Shown here piece by piece: positions 37,090 through 48,600 of a stretch of 64,000 nucleotides of DNA. Origin of the DNA: Patescibacteria group bacterium (GTDB taxonomy: Bacteria > Patescibacteriota > Microgenomatia > Levybacterales > UBA12049); assembly GCA_038063415.1 (NCBI GenBank), contig JBBTVD010000006.1:137948-201947 (forward strand), written 5' to 3'. The translations under genes were made by a program, and so were the position numbers. Position 1 is the first letter of the stretch, and every line of letters begins with the position of its first letter. The notes beneath the pieces are model-generated. The model had not been told where the DNA came from. It did no database searches and saw nothing but the letters and a program-made list of their open reading frames with translations.

Positions 37090-39501
37090 CTACTCCACAG
37101 AGATATCCAAAGCACCTGTCCCATTCAAAAAGAAATTAACTTTCTTTCCACGAGTAATATCCTTGGTTAGTGTATGTTGCGCAAGAAGATCCTCGATATT
37201 GTCCTGAATATACCGCCGAAGTGGTCTCGCACCAAAATCCTTATCAAATCCTTCGGAAACTATCTTTTCAATAACCGCCTCATCAAAAGTGACCGCAACA
37301 TCTTGCTCTGCCAAATGCTTTATCAGTTCATTCAGCATCAAATGAACGACTTTTGTTATTTGCTCGGGACCAAGTGGTTTAAAGGTAACCACATCATCAA
37401 ACCGATTGAGAAGCTCAGGTTTGAAAATCCCTTTTGTTTGTAAATACTGTACTAATTTCTGATGAAAAGCCTTATTAAAAGTCGTGCCGTGACTTAACTC
37501 CTCACGGATAAATTCTGAGCCAGCGTTGGAAGTGGCAATAATAATAGCGTTACGAAAAGATACTGTCTCACCTTTGTTGTCAGTCAAACGGCCATCATCA
37601 AGTATCTGTAAAAAGAGGTTATGAATTGCCGGATGTGCTTTCTCAAACTCATCAAGCAAGATAAGTGAGGCGGGATTATCACGTATTTGCTCTGTTAACA
37701 GGCCTCGTTCGCTTCCTTTACCAGGAGGTGAACCGAGAAGCCTTAGCAAGCCTGCTTCATCAGTATACTCACTCATATCAAAACGAATCATGTTTTTCTC
37801 TCCACCAAAGTAGTAACTTGCAAGCGCTTTGGCTGTTTCTGTCTTTCCTACACCAGTTGGCCCCAGAAAAAGGAACGATATTGGCCGCTCTGAGGTCATG
37901 ACACCAGAGCGTATACGACGCATTGCTTCAGCAATAGCGGTTACTGCATACTCTTGATCAATAAGCCGTTCATGAATCTTTTCTTCAAGATGCAGAAGGG
38001 TATTAATTTCTGATTGAGAGGGTGCGGCTATGGCTACATGGACTGTTTGTTCAACTTTTGTAATAACATCTTTCTCAAGTACGATTTTATGGTGCGTTTT
38101 TTCGAAAGTATCTGCATTGTCAGAGAGCGAGACCGTATTTGCCACTGTGCCAAGGAGTGCAATTGCACTTCCCGGAAGCACTTGATCCTGTAGGAATCGA
38201 TCGGCAAGCTCAACCGATGCAACAATTGCCCGATAACTAAGGATTACTTTGTATTTTTTTTCAATGACACTTGCTTCAGCAAGTACCATCTGCATTGTTG
38301 CTTCTTTGTCAGGCTCCTTCATCGGTATAATGGTAAAGGCTTCCTTTAAAGGATTCCTATCCATATAGGCCTTATAGCTACCAGTTGTCATGGTTGCAAT
38401 AATTGGCATATTGCCCGACTGGAGGTAAGGGAGAATAGCCCCTGAAAGATCAAGATTATAGGAAGTTGCGCCGACGATATTTTGAAATTCTGGAATATAA
38501 AGCACCACATCACTGGCATGTGAAAGCTCGCCAATAATAGCCTGTAGACGTACTTCCAAATCACTCCTGGTGGAAGCTCCAGCAGTGAGCGCACCGACAA
38601 GCAGTTGATAAAACTTCTTATAATTGAGGCCACCACCAAGATTACCCTCAAAACTATGATACGCCAAAGCTCGAATCAGATGTTCTTTTCCGACGCCACT
38701 TTCGCCAACAAGCAGTACATTATTACTTTCAAGTCTGAGAATACTCTCAAGCATCGTTTTGAATTCAGCCTCACGCCCTTTGATAAACGGTTCTCCACGA
38801 GTTGCGAGCGAGGTAAAGTCTGCTGTATATTTTTGGGTTTCGGGAGTCCAGCCATCAACTAATGCGTCACCAAACCCTCCCCCTTCAATATGTATTTGTA
38901 TTTTCTTCGGATTTTCTTCTTGAGGGAAAGCTACGCGTGCCCAAGTAACAATACTCACCAAATCCTGGGTTTTTAACTGCTTGGCAAATAATAGCTTGGT
39001 ATCTTTTTCAATCATAAGCAGATACGCAAGGAAAATATCAATCGTTGTTACATAGTTACCACGAAATGTTTTTGCTGTATCAAAAGCACTTTGTGCTAAT
39101 GTCTCACTTTTTAACGGTTCCAAAGGCAGATCTGTATGCGTAATTGTCGTTTTCTGCATAATTGCTTTTATTTGCGGATATTTAATAAGCTTCTGAAGAA
39201 TCTGGGTTGTTGTCTGACCTGTAGCAAAGCCATCAACTGCTTGTAACGTAAATGAATCATAGATTTTTTTACCATCGTTTTTTTCCACAGGAATTGCTGG
39301 TAAAACCCTGCTCACTTTATAATGGAAAAACAGTTCAATCATGACAAAAATATTAAAGAAGAATTGTGGGAGAACAGGAGAGAGACCATTGGTTAGATTA
39401 TAATAAAGAATGTAGACTAACAAGAAAAAGATAAGTAATCGGATACTCCGAAGCAAAGCATTTCTGTACCATTTATATAATTTTGAGTAAAGAACCATCA
39501 T
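37090..39501 (-). CDS. Membrane-anchored Clp/Hsp100 AAA+ ATPase with degenerate first AAA module
   Basis: Two N-terminal TM segments; D1 GESGVGKE and LYIPEF; D2 [45 protein letters not shown]. Confidence 0.9.
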   Translation of the reverse strand: MMVLYSKLYKWYRNALLRSIRLLIFFLLVYILYYNLTNGLSPVLPQFFFNIFVMIELFFHYKVSRVLPAIPVEKNDGKKIYDSFTLQAVDGFATGQTTTQILQKLIKYPQIKAIMQKTTITHTDLPLEPLKSETLAQSAFDTAKTFRGNYVTTIDIFLAYLLMIEKDTKLLFAKQLKTQDLVSIVTWARVAFPQEENPKKIQIHIEGGGFGDALVDGWTPETQKYTADFTSLATRGEPFIKGREAEFKTMLESILRLESNNVLLVGESGVGKEHLIRALAYHSFEGNLGGGLNYKKFYQLLVGALTAGASTRSDLEVRLQAIIGELSHASDVVLYIPEFQNIVGATSYNLDLSGAILPYLQSGNMPIIATMTTGSYKAYMDRNPLKEAFTIIPMKEPDKEATMQMVLAEASVIEKKYKVILSYRAIVASVELADRFLQDQVLPGSAIALLGTVANTVSLSDNADTFEKTHHKIVLEKDVITKVEQTVHVAIAAPSQSEINTLLHLEEKIHERLIDQEYAVTAIAEAMRRIRSGVMTSERPISFLFLGPTGVGKTETAKALASYYFGGEKNMIRFDMSEYTDEAGLLRLLGSPPGKGSERGLLTEQIRDNPASLILLDEFEKAHPAIHNLFLQILDDGRLTDNKGETVSFRNAIIIATSNAGSEFIREELSHGTTFNKAFHQKLVQYLQTKGIFKPELLNRFDDVVTFKPLGPEQITKVVHLMLNELIKHLAEQDVAVTFDEAVIEKIVSEGFDKDFGARPLRRYIQDNIEDLLAQHTLTKDITRGKKVNFFLNGTGALDISVE

Positions 39502-39503
39502 TG

Positions 39504-39833
39504 TTATAAAAATAATAACGCTAGTGTCAAAATAGGAAAGGCAAGAAAGCTGACAAAGATAATTGCTTCAAAAGTAAGGAGCATCAAGAACAGAACAACT
39601 TCAATTGGAATAAGCATTGTTTTGAGGGTAATTCCCATGGCTCTTGAGAAACCTACGAGGCCTTCACGATATTCATTTTTCAAAGGTTTGAAAAACGTTT
39701 TAATAAAGAGCGGTAAAGAAAATATTCGTAAAAACGCATCATTCACTGACCGCAAAAAGACAAACAATCCAACAGGAGCTTCTACATACCAAAAATGTAA
39801 AAAATGAAAAGGAAGAAAAGTATATTGTTTCAT
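39504..39833 (-). CDS. Small membrane protein tightly coupled to the Clp ATPase gene
   Basis: FLHFWY..AP...FSLPLFIKTFFKPLKNEYREGLVGFSR..G; 2-nt gap to the Clp start; start 39833 or 39881. Confidence 0.75.
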   Translation of the reverse strand: MKQYTFLPFHFLHFWYVEAPVGLFVFLRSVNDAFLRIFSLPLFIKTFFKPLKNEYREGLVGFSRAMGITLKTMLIPIEVVLFLMLLTFEAIIFVSFLAFPILTLALLFL

Positions 39834-39896
39834 AGGGCAGCGTGTTGTTCTTAGTATAAAAAGTATGGGTGCAAAATACAACCTAACGAACCAGTA

Positions 39897-41588
39897 CTAG
39901 TATCCAAGCAGAGAAAATAGCTTCTGTAAAAACGATAGAATAAGCGACAAAAGTTTATAGACTAATCCTTTTTGACTTTCTTGCCCATCTGATTGCATAG
40001 TTTTGTTGGGATGATCAGAAGGAATGACCGTCATAACATCTGAAGGAGATACTGTTTGGAGAGACACGACAGGTGAAAGTGAAGCATCTTCTATTGGAGC
40101 TGTGGGGGTTAAGGATGGAGGATGGGTAGTAAGCGTTAGACATCCCCCAAGGCAATACATAAAACTCGTAGGAGTTGCTGAGGCTTCTGTTGTTGAAGGA
40201 GATGGATCACTGTAGCCTACTGCTTTTGCGGCGTTTATCCGTCCTGCTTGCCAAAACGTTCCTGTTCCTTCAATGTGATCAGCCGTCGCGTATAACCGCT
40301 GCACAACGTGGGTATTGGATCCACCATAAGCGGAATCCCATACCAATGCAGCAATGCCACTTACAAGAGGTGCGGCCATTGATGTCCCGGAAAGATAATC
40401 ATAGTTTGTTTGAAGAGACAAAACATTTTGCATACCAAAGGCGTGCGTGGGGAAAGTCGAATAACTATTTTCTCCAGGTGCGGATATTTGAACCCATGAA
40501 CCATGATTGGAAAAAATTGCTTTTTGATCAAGATTATTGGTTGCAGCAACAGACATAACATTGGTTAATGCTCCCGGATAAAATTTGGTAGTATTTCCCT
40601 GATTACCCACCGCAGCAACAACGAGCGATCCCTTTTCCCAAGCATAGGCTACTGCATCGGACTGTACTTGGGTAAAATCATTACCACCAAGGCTAATGTT
40701 AATAATATGTGCACCATTATCGACAGCCCAAATAATACCTTCCGCAACGACTGCCGTATCACTCATGCCATCGTCTCCGACTGTCTTTGCAATCAGTAAT
40801 TGACAACGAGGACAAGCGCCGGCAATACCTCGCTCGTTATTTGTCTTAGCAGCAATAACCCCTGCGACATGTGTCCCATGACCATATTTATCGTCAACCG
40901 TATTGGTAATAAAATTCTTCTGAGCAATCACTTGTGAGGCAATGTCTGGGTGCGTCAGATCAATGCCCGTATCAAGTACAGCAATCTTAATCCCCTCTCC
41001 TTGACTCACATCCCAAGCAGCAGTAATTTGGACATCGGCATGAGCGAGACCACTTTTCCCCTTTATTGTTTGGGCAGTATTCAGTAACCCCCATTGATTT
41101 CTAAAATAGGTATCATTGGGGATCATCTGAATCTGTTGTCGATAATTTTGCTCTACATAAGCAAGTAATTCCGACGCAAGAAGTGCATCCTCAAGCATTG
41201 TCTCTTGTTCTTCTGGAACGGAAATGACATAGGTGGAGAGGGCTGGAATTTTTTTCTCAATCTTGGCATTGTATCTTGTCAGCAAATCAGTCAATTGCGC
41301 TTCAGTAACACTCTCCTTTACCCGAATGACAAGTTGTCCCGCGATAGCGGTATTTTCTTTAGTTGATGATGGAACAATATTGACTACTGCATTTTGGTCA
41401 GGCATTTCGGAAGGACCAATTGTCGGAGAAGGACTTAAGGGGGAAGTATTGTTTGTAAAATAAGAAAAATAAAAAAATACACCAAGCAGGATAAAAAAGG
41501 TAATAAGTATTATGGGGATATGCAGGTTTGTTTTTTTACGAAGCTGCTCCGGAAGAGCCTCTGGAGGAAGCACTGAATGTTCTGACAT
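39897..41588 (-). CDS. S8 subtilisin/thermitase-like serine protease, membrane-anchored
   Basis: N-terminal TM, propeptide, VLDTG, HGTHVAG, SGTSMAAP catalytic triad, S/T/P-rich tail. Confidence 0.93.
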   Translation of the reverse strand: MSEHSVLPPEALPEQLRKKTNLHIPIILITFFILLGVFFYFSYFTNNTSPLSPSPTIGPSEMPDQNAVVNIVPSSTKENTAIAGQLVIRVKESVTEAQLTDLLTRYNAKIEKKIPALSTYVISVPEEQETMLEDALLASELLAYVEQNYRQQIQMIPNDTYFRNQWGLLNTAQTIKGKSGLAHADVQITAAWDVSQGEGIKIAVLDTGIDLTHPDIASQVIAQKNFITNTVDDKYGHGTHVAGVIAAKTNNERGIAGACPRCQLLIAKTVGDDGMSDTAVVAEGIIWAVDNGAHIINISLGGNDFTQVQSDAVAYAWEKGSLVVAAVGNQGNTTKFYPGALTNVMSVAATNNLDQKAIFSNHGSWVQISAPGENSYSTFPTHAFGMQNVLSLQTNYDYLSGTSMAAPLVSGIAALVWDSAYGGSNTHVVQRLYATADHIEGTGTFWQAGRINAAKAVGYSDPSPSTTEASATPTSFMYCLGGCLTLTTHPPSLTPTAPIEDASLSPVVSLQTVSPSDVMTVIPSDHPNKTMQSDGQESQKGLVYKLLSLILSFLQKLFSLLGY

Positions 41589-41631
41589 ATCTTAAGCCTA
41601 CGAGAACCGTCTGCGTCTGTCAAGCCATAGA

Positions 41632-44600
41632 CTATTGCTGCGGCTGTAATGCTGCTCCGTTGATGTCAACGGGAGTAACAGCAGGAGCTGCTTGCTGTGG
41701 TTGTTGAAATGGAGTAGCAACCGGTGGTTGGAACACTGGCGTTGTTGGCTGCTCTGGCATGGCTGGCATCTGTGGGACTGTCCCAGATGCCGCCAATGAG
41801 TCAACCGTCACAACAGTAGGAATTTGAATAATTGGGTTCACCATTGCTGGTTGCTGAGCAATTTGCTCAAAAGGTGCTGGGTTTACCGAAGCGGGAGCAA
41901 TCGGGGCAGCAACCGCTGGAGCCTCTGTCCTCCCAAATGTACCTGCAACTGCATCAAGGATGAGCAACCCTACCATATCATTCTGTATTTTTGCTTGCTC
42001 CAATTGTTGTTTAAGCTGTGTAAGCTCTTCATTGGTCGTAGCCTCGGTTATAGCAAGCACCATAGCCGCAAGCTTATTGCTATTTTCGGCTTCATGGGAT
42101 ATCTTTGCCTGCAAGTCCGTGTATTGTGTTCTTTCTGCCTCTGATGCTGCTGCTATCGGATTAATCAACAGGTTCAGTGTTTGGCGAAGATCATTGACAT
42201 CAGCATTCTTTAGTTCCTCCGCAACTGCTGTAAGGATTTCTATTGCCAATGGATCTCCGTTTTTCTTTGCCAATTCTAGTTTGTTATATACATCTTGAAT
42301 ATCTGCATCTGAAGTAATATCAGTAATGGCCAATATTGCAGCTGCAAGTTGATGATTTTGTTTGCTGGCTTCCGTAATTTTCTCATTAAGCTGGCTAAAC
42401 TTCGCTTTATTCTCAGGAGAGGCCAGATAGAGTGGATTACTTAGTTGCCTAAAGATTTTTTTGTATTGAGAACCAGGATTGGCTGTTTTTGACTGAGCTG
42501 AGTCCGCTACCATTGCATTGACAGCTGCAAGCACATCTGTCGCGAATTCACTCCCCTGATTTTTTGCTTGCTCCAAATCATGCATCAGTGTCTCAATTAT
42601 CTGTGGTGGAGTGGCATCATTTACCGCCATGATGCTCACTGCAAGTTGATTTTGCTGTTGCTGTTCGGCAAGCAGTCGCTCATGAAGTGCAACAAACTTT
42701 TCTTTTTCTACCGGAGAGGTAACGGTAGCTGGATTAATAATCTGTAACAACACTTTCTTAAAGGTTGTCGCTGTTTGGATTTGCTTTGCAACACTATTTG
42801 CCAAATCCAACAATTCAATCGCAAAAGCATCCCCTTTCTTCTTTGCATCTTCAAGATCTTTACGAATCTTTTGAATCTCAGTGGTTGAAGAGGTTGAATT
42901 TACTGACAAAATTGCTGTAGCTGTCCCGTTGCCTCCAGTACTTGCTTGAACACATTTATCATGGAGTGCACTAAATTTCATTTTTTCTTCTGCATCCGTA
43001 ATACTTTCAGGCTGGGCAACTTTTTGAAGGACTTCTTTGAATTGTTCATCAGTTAGTACAATTGCCGTCTCTGAAGAAGTATCTTTGACGAAAACAAACT
43101 CGTTGGTATCAGTACTGTAATCGATAACGATCGTATCTCCAACAACAAATTTCTTCCCAATAATAGCAAGCGCAATTGGATTCTCTATGGCAGTTTGAAT
43201 CAGACGGCGAAGTGGACGTGCCCCATAGACAGGATCATAGCCATCCTTAGCAAGCTGTGCCACTGCTTTTTCGGTAATCTGGAGAGTATACCCTTCTTCT
43301 TTTAAAAGCTTTGCTGTCTTTGCAATTTCGAGACGGACAATGCCTGCCATATGCTCTGGTCGAAGTGGCTTAAAGATAACTACCTCATCAAAACGATTCA
43401 GCACCTCAGGACGAAGGAACTTCGTCAGCTCTTCTTTTACGATTTTTTGTAGATCCGTAAACTGTTTGTTGAGCTGTTCTGCTGTTGGCTTTGCTTGTGC
43501 ATCAATTGCACTGAGTTGTTGCTGAATGAGTGAACTTCCAATGTTGGAAGTACAAATCACAATGGTATTTTTGAAGGAAATAGTATTCCCTTTGTTATCT
43601 GTCAATCGACCATCCTCAAGAAGTTGCAAGAGGATATTGAAGACATCAGGATGTGCTTTTTCGATTTCGTCCATAAGCACAATTGAATAGGGTTTCTTTC
43701 GGACAGCTTCAGTCAGTACCCCACCTTCTTCATAACCGACATATCCGGGAGGAGCACCAATAAGTTTGGCGACTTCGTGTTTTTCCATGTACTCAGACAT
43801 ATCAAGCCGAGCCATCGCATCATCACGTCCAAAAAGTAATTCAGCTAAGGTCTTGGCAAGTTCTGTTTTACCAACACCAGTAGGTCCAAGGAAGATAAAC
43901 GAAGCAATTGGCCGCTTACCAGAAGCAAGACCAATTCGACCACGTCTGACAGCTTCAGAGACGGCACTTACCGCTTCTTCTTGATCAATCAATCGTTGGT
44001 GAATACGGTCCTCAAGTTTGAGCAATTTTTCACTTTCATCTTCAGTAAGTTTGGTAATCGGGATACCTGTCCATGCACTCACCACTTTTTCGATATCTGA
44101 CTTTTTGATTTGATTATCACCACGTTTCCCTCCATCCATTTGCAATTTGACTTCAGAAGAGGCTTCATCAAGTAAATCGACCGCTTTGTCAGGGAGATAT
44201 CGCTCACCGATATATTTCTTAGAAAGCTTGACACATTCCTTAAGCGCATCGTCAGGGATGGTTACATGATGGAATTTCTCATATTTAGGACGGATAACTT
44301 TGAGCATCTCAACGGCATTTTCTTCACTTGGTTCTTCAGCAGTTACTGGCTGGAAGCGTCGCTCAAAAGCTTTATCTTTTTCAAAATTTTTACGATACTC
44401 AGTCGTCGTGGTCGCTCCAATTAATTGAAAATGTCCACGAGCCAGATGTGGCTTGATGATATTGGCAGCACTCATACCTTCGTCACCACCAGCACCCATC
44501 AAGGTATGAATTTCATCAATGAAGAGAACGATTTTATTATTTGCACCAAGCACTTCGTTAATTACTCCTCGAAGTCTTTCTTCAAACTCTCCCCGGTGAC

Positions 44601-45621
44601 TTGCGCCAGCAACAAGGGAAGCTACATCAAGTTGAAAAATTCGTTTGTCTTGCAAATCTTTTGGTATTTTCCCATTTACAATCATTTGAGCGAGCCCTTC
44701 AACAATAGCAGTCTTTCCAACACCCGTCTCACCAATAATGATTGGGTTATTTTTGGTTCTTCGAAGAAGGATGTGGACAATACGGTCGACTTCCTTTTCG
44801 CGTCCAGCAACAGGATCAAGCCGTCCGGCTCGAGCCTCTTCTGTCAAATCAAGACCATATTTTTCAAGAATGGTCTTGTGACTATAGTTTGCTTTTGGAT
44901 TTTTTGATAGCTTATCAACAATAGCTTCTTTTTTGAGCCCCTTCTTTTGCAAATAAGCTCCTGTCGTATAGGTGGGAGAAGAAAGCACAATCAAAAGATC
45001 TTCAGGAGAAATAAAATTTGACCCACGCATCTTTGCATCGCGATATGCCTGATCAAAAACTTCTTGAGCAGTTTTGCTCAGAACTGGTTGTTCTTTAAAC
45101 GTACCCATTTTTTCGGCAGCTTGTACTTCTTTTGATAATGCCCCCCCATCTTGTTGAAAATCAGCTAGTAACTGGTAAATCTGCTGATCGTAAAGCAATC
45201 CAATAAGCAATTGATCAGGCTCTATAAACTGTTGTTTGATCCTTTTTGTCTCTTCCTGCGCATGTGTCAGTACTTGTGAAGTACGTGGATCTAAGTGACT
45301 AAGCGCTGAGACATCCGACGTAACGGGAGTCCCAGTATCCACATTGGAGGTTGAGACAGGAGTAGTTACTGCCGCAGGATCAGTTGTAGGTACTATGGTA
45401 GGATCGCTCGTTACAGTAGGATCAGTAGCGGACGGAGATGTGGGATCGCTTGCACTTGTTGAGGACGAAACAACTGGGGTTTGCGCCTGTGAAGGTGATG
45501 CCGTAGGTGCAGCAGAAGGCGGTGCTACTGGCTGTTGAGATTGATCCACTGGAGCTGCCGCTGTTGAATCAGCAGATGGATCATCTTTCCCTTTTTTTTG
45601 ATTGAAAATTCCTCCAAACAT
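41632..45621 (-). CDS. Clp/Hsp100 AAA+ ATPase with C-terminal helical repeat extension (1329 aa)
   Basis: Clp-N domain, [46 protein letters not shown], followed by 4 repeats of ~90 aa. Confidence 0.93.
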   Translation of the reverse strand: MFGGIFNQKKGKDDPSADSTAAAPVDQSQQPVAPPSAAPTASPSQAQTPVVSSSTSASDPTSPSATDPTVTSDPTIVPTTDPAAVTTPVSTSNVDTGTPVTSDVSALSHLDPRTSQVLTHAQEETKRIKQQFIEPDQLLIGLLYDQQIYQLLADFQQDGGALSKEVQAAEKMGTFKEQPVLSKTAQEVFDQAYRDAKMRGSNFISPEDLLIVLSSPTYTTGAYLQKKGLKKEAIVDKLSKNPKANYSHKTILEKYGLDLTEEARAGRLDPVAGREKEVDRIVHILLRRTKNNPIIIGETGVGKTAIVEGLAQMIVNGKIPKDLQDKRIFQLDVASLVAGASHRGEFEERLRGVINEVLGANNKIVLFIDEIHTLMGAGGDEGMSAANIIKPHLARGHFQLIGATTTTEYRKNFEKDKAFERRFQPVTAEEPSEENAVEMLKVIRPKYEKFHHVTIPDDALKECVKLSKKYIGERYLPDKAVDLLDEASSEVKLQMDGGKRGDNQIKKSDIEKVVSAWTGIPITKLTEDESEKLLKLEDRIHQRLIDQEEAVSAVSEAVRRGRIGLASGKRPIASFIFLGPTGVGKTELAKTLAELLFGRDDAMARLDMSEYMEKHEVAKLIGAPPGYVGYEEGGVLTEAVRKKPYSIVLMDEIEKAHPDVFNILLQLLEDGRLTDNKGNTISFKNTIVICTSNIGSSLIQQQLSAIDAQAKPTAEQLNKQFTDLQKIVKEELTKFLRPEVLNRFDEVVIFKPLRPEHMAGIVRLEIAKTAKLLKEEGYTLQITEKAVAQLAKDGYDPVYGARPLRRLIQTAIENPIALAIIGKKFVVGDTIVIDYSTDTNEFVFVKDTSSETAIVLTDEQFKEVLQKVAQPESITDAEEKMKFSALHDKCVQASTGGNGTATAILSVNSTSSTTEIQKIRKDLEDAKKKGDAFAIELLDLANSVAKQIQTATTFKKVLLQIINPATVTSPVEKEKFVALHERLLAEQQQQNQLAVSIMAVNDATPPQIIETLMHDLEQAKNQGSEFATDVLAAVNAMVADSAQSKTANPGSQYKKIFRQLSNPLYLASPENKAKFSQLNEKITEASKQNHQLAAAILAITDITSDADIQDVYNKLELAKKNGDPLAIEILTAVAEELKNADVNDLRQTLNLLINPIAAASEAERTQYTDLQAKISHEAENSNKLAAMVLAITEATTNEELTQLKQQLEQAKIQNDMVGLLILDAVAGTFGRTEAPAVAAPIAPASVNPAPFEQIAQQPAMVNPIIQIPTVVTVDSLAASGTVPQMPAMPEQPTTPVFQPPVATPFQQPQQAAPAVTPVDINGAALQPQQ

Positions 45622-45673
45622 AGGCAGTACTAGTACTATTAAATACTAATTTCAGAAAAAGGGCAAGGCCTTT

Positions 45674-48600
45674 TTACTCTTCACTTTTCATTTCTTTTTG
45701 CTCTTTTGTGCCTTGCTGAGCAGGAACGCTTATTTTTTGTTCTTCCTCGTTGGTCATTGCTTTGAGTACTGTTTCTGCTGCTTCACGTTTTGTTTGTAAA
45801 TAAGCAATAATTTCATTGAAAGAGAAGCCGCCCAGCAACAGGAATGGTAGAATATCGGTTACTTTTTTCATCCCTTCTTCTTTCTTTTCTTTCTCGGGTG
45901 AAACCAGTAAGTTAACCGTATCAGTCATTTGCTGCATATCGGCTTTTATCCAATCCATTCTTCCCTTATCATCTTCTGTATAACCTTGAGGAACAAGCAG
46001 TTTTTGATAGTTTTCTTCCCACATCTTCTTTACTTCTGTGTATTCTTCATTATTAACTTGTTGTGTTGTGTTTACCGAGGTGAGAAGGGCACTCCCCATA
46101 CTACCAAGAACTTTTGCCGCGATAGGATCATTATTTTTCTTTGCTTCTTGCAGTTGATCAAAAAGCTTTTGTATGTCTTGAGCAGGAGCCGTTTCTTTTA
46201 CCACCAATACTTGGGTGGCCGTAGCATTTCCATCAGTACTTGCCTTTGTTAGTTCATCGTGTAATTTGGTAAAGTATGCTTTGTCGGCATCAGACGAAAG
46301 TTTTTCGGGATGATTGATATGATCCAACACCTTTCGCAACTCTTTAAGAGTAACTACTTGATCAAGGACATTTACCACCTGTGTAGCAATTGGACTTCCT
46401 TGTTGTTTCTCAGAAGCAAGTTTTCCTTTTAATGTTTCAATATCGGCAACGGAGGTCTGATCACTCACTGCAAGAACCTGTGTCGCAAGTTCATTCTTCG
46501 ACTCGCTTTCTTTGACAAGGAATTCGTGTAGCCGTGTATAGAAGTCTCTCTCCGCCTCAACAGGAACTTTTGTAGGATCAGCAATTTGTACGAGTACGTT
46601 TTTTAGTTCTGCGAGTGTTAGTGCAAGCATTTCAACTTCTCCACTCAGATTCTGAGCTGCAGAAAGGATCGCACCAGCGGTGATATCTCCTTTTTGCCCA
46701 GCAAGCACCAAGCGTTCTCGTAATGCTTCATATTTTTCTCGTTCAGGACTCGCTGTTAGTTGCATTGGATTTGCAATATGGGTAAGTATCTCCTTTGCTT
46801 TAGCAACTCCCTCTTGCTGCGTTTTATCTCGTGAGAGTAGACGAGTTTCATACCGCGCAATATCACGCATTTTCGGGATCTTTAAATCAACGATGTTCAT
46901 AATGTCATTTGAAATAGTAGGAGTAACAACGGTTGTTTTGCTTATACCACTTGCTAACAAGCTCTCATCACCTTCCTCGGTACCGCTTGCAACTGAAGCT
47001 GAGTTACTTGCTGAGGGCTCATCCATAGTAGCAGCCATGGTTGCTTGATTTTCAGCTTTCCTCGTCGTGACGGTAACTTTCTCTTCCTCATCTTGCACAA
47101 GTGCAACGGATATCTCTTTGGCAGCATCTTGTTTTGCCTTCAGATATCCGACAACTTCTGTCTGAGAAAATCCTCCGACAAGAAGAAAAGGAAGAATGTC
47201 AGAGACTTCTTGCATTCCTTGATTAACGACATCAGGATCAGCAGCGGTAAGCATACCGACGATTTCATCTATCTTTGCGATATCATCACGAATCCATTCA
47301 CTTCTATTACCAGCCATGCCTTCTGGTACTTCAAGGTTTTGGTAATTCTCTTTCCACATATCCTTAATGGCCTTGTAATCCTGTTGGCTAACGTTCTGCA
47401 CTCGATTAACTGAGGGGAGAGAGACTCGGGCAGCTGTTTCTCCAACCTTAGCAAGCTCGGTCGCAATAGGCTCTCCCTTCTCTTTTGCCTGAAGAATTTT
47501 CTCTTGAAGTTTCTCAATATCTGCAGTTGAAGTTTTTTCTGTCATACCAAGAATTGATCCTGCAAGCTCATTTCCTTCTTTACTTGCTTTAGACAATGAA
47601 TCTTTAAGTTTAGTAAGTCTCTCTTTTTCAACAGGAGAGACTGCCACTGCTGGATTAGCAATTTGCTGAAGGACACTACGCACTTGCTCGGTTGATTGCA
47701 CTTGTTTGACTGACGAATCAATTGTTGACAAAACAGAGGATGCAACACTGTTCTCTTTGGCTTGCATAATCTGATTTTGAATCTTCTCAATCTCTACTGT
47801 TGAGGTTTTATCGGTAACCGAAAGGATAGAGGTTGCAAGCTGATTATTATTCTCTTTACTTTCCTTAGAAAGGGTATCATGAAGCTTAGTCATTTTTTCC
47901 CGATCAGCAACATTGGTAATAGAGGCTGGATTGGCAATTTGTTGTAGGACTGTTTGCATTTGAGCTGTACTTACTTGTTGCTTCTGTCCCCCTGAAATCG
48001 TATTCATAACACTCACCGCAACCTCCTGCTGTTTTGCCTGCATCAATGTATCTCGGATTTTTTCTACCTCTTTTGCCGAAGTGTTTTCATTTACGGACAA
48101 AATGGACGAAGCAAGGGCATTGTTATTCTCCTTACTTTCCTTAGAAAGCATTTGATTAAGCTTTGTCATCCGCTCTCGATCTACAATATTATTTACTGAA
48201 GCTGGATTTGCAATCTGTTGTAGCACATTTTTAATTTGACTATTGGTTGCCATTGATTGCGACATTGTACTTGCAGCATTCAAGATAGATGCTGCCATAT
48301 TATTCCCTTGCTGAGTCTCTTTACGTAATCGATCACGGAGCTGATTATATTGTTGTCTATCTGTTGTTGCTGTCACTGCCATAGGATTGGCAATACGTTC
48401 AAGTTTTTCTCGTACTTGTGTAACTTCTTGACGTTGACTTGCATCCTTTGATAAGAGTGCCGTTTCATATTTAGCAATATCACGCATAGAAGGAAGAGAA
48501 AGATTTGCTACATTTAATATTTGTGCATTTGCTTGCGAAATAGGCATGACACGAGGCTGGCTTGCAGACATTGTCGCAGGGGTAGTTTCATAGACAATCT

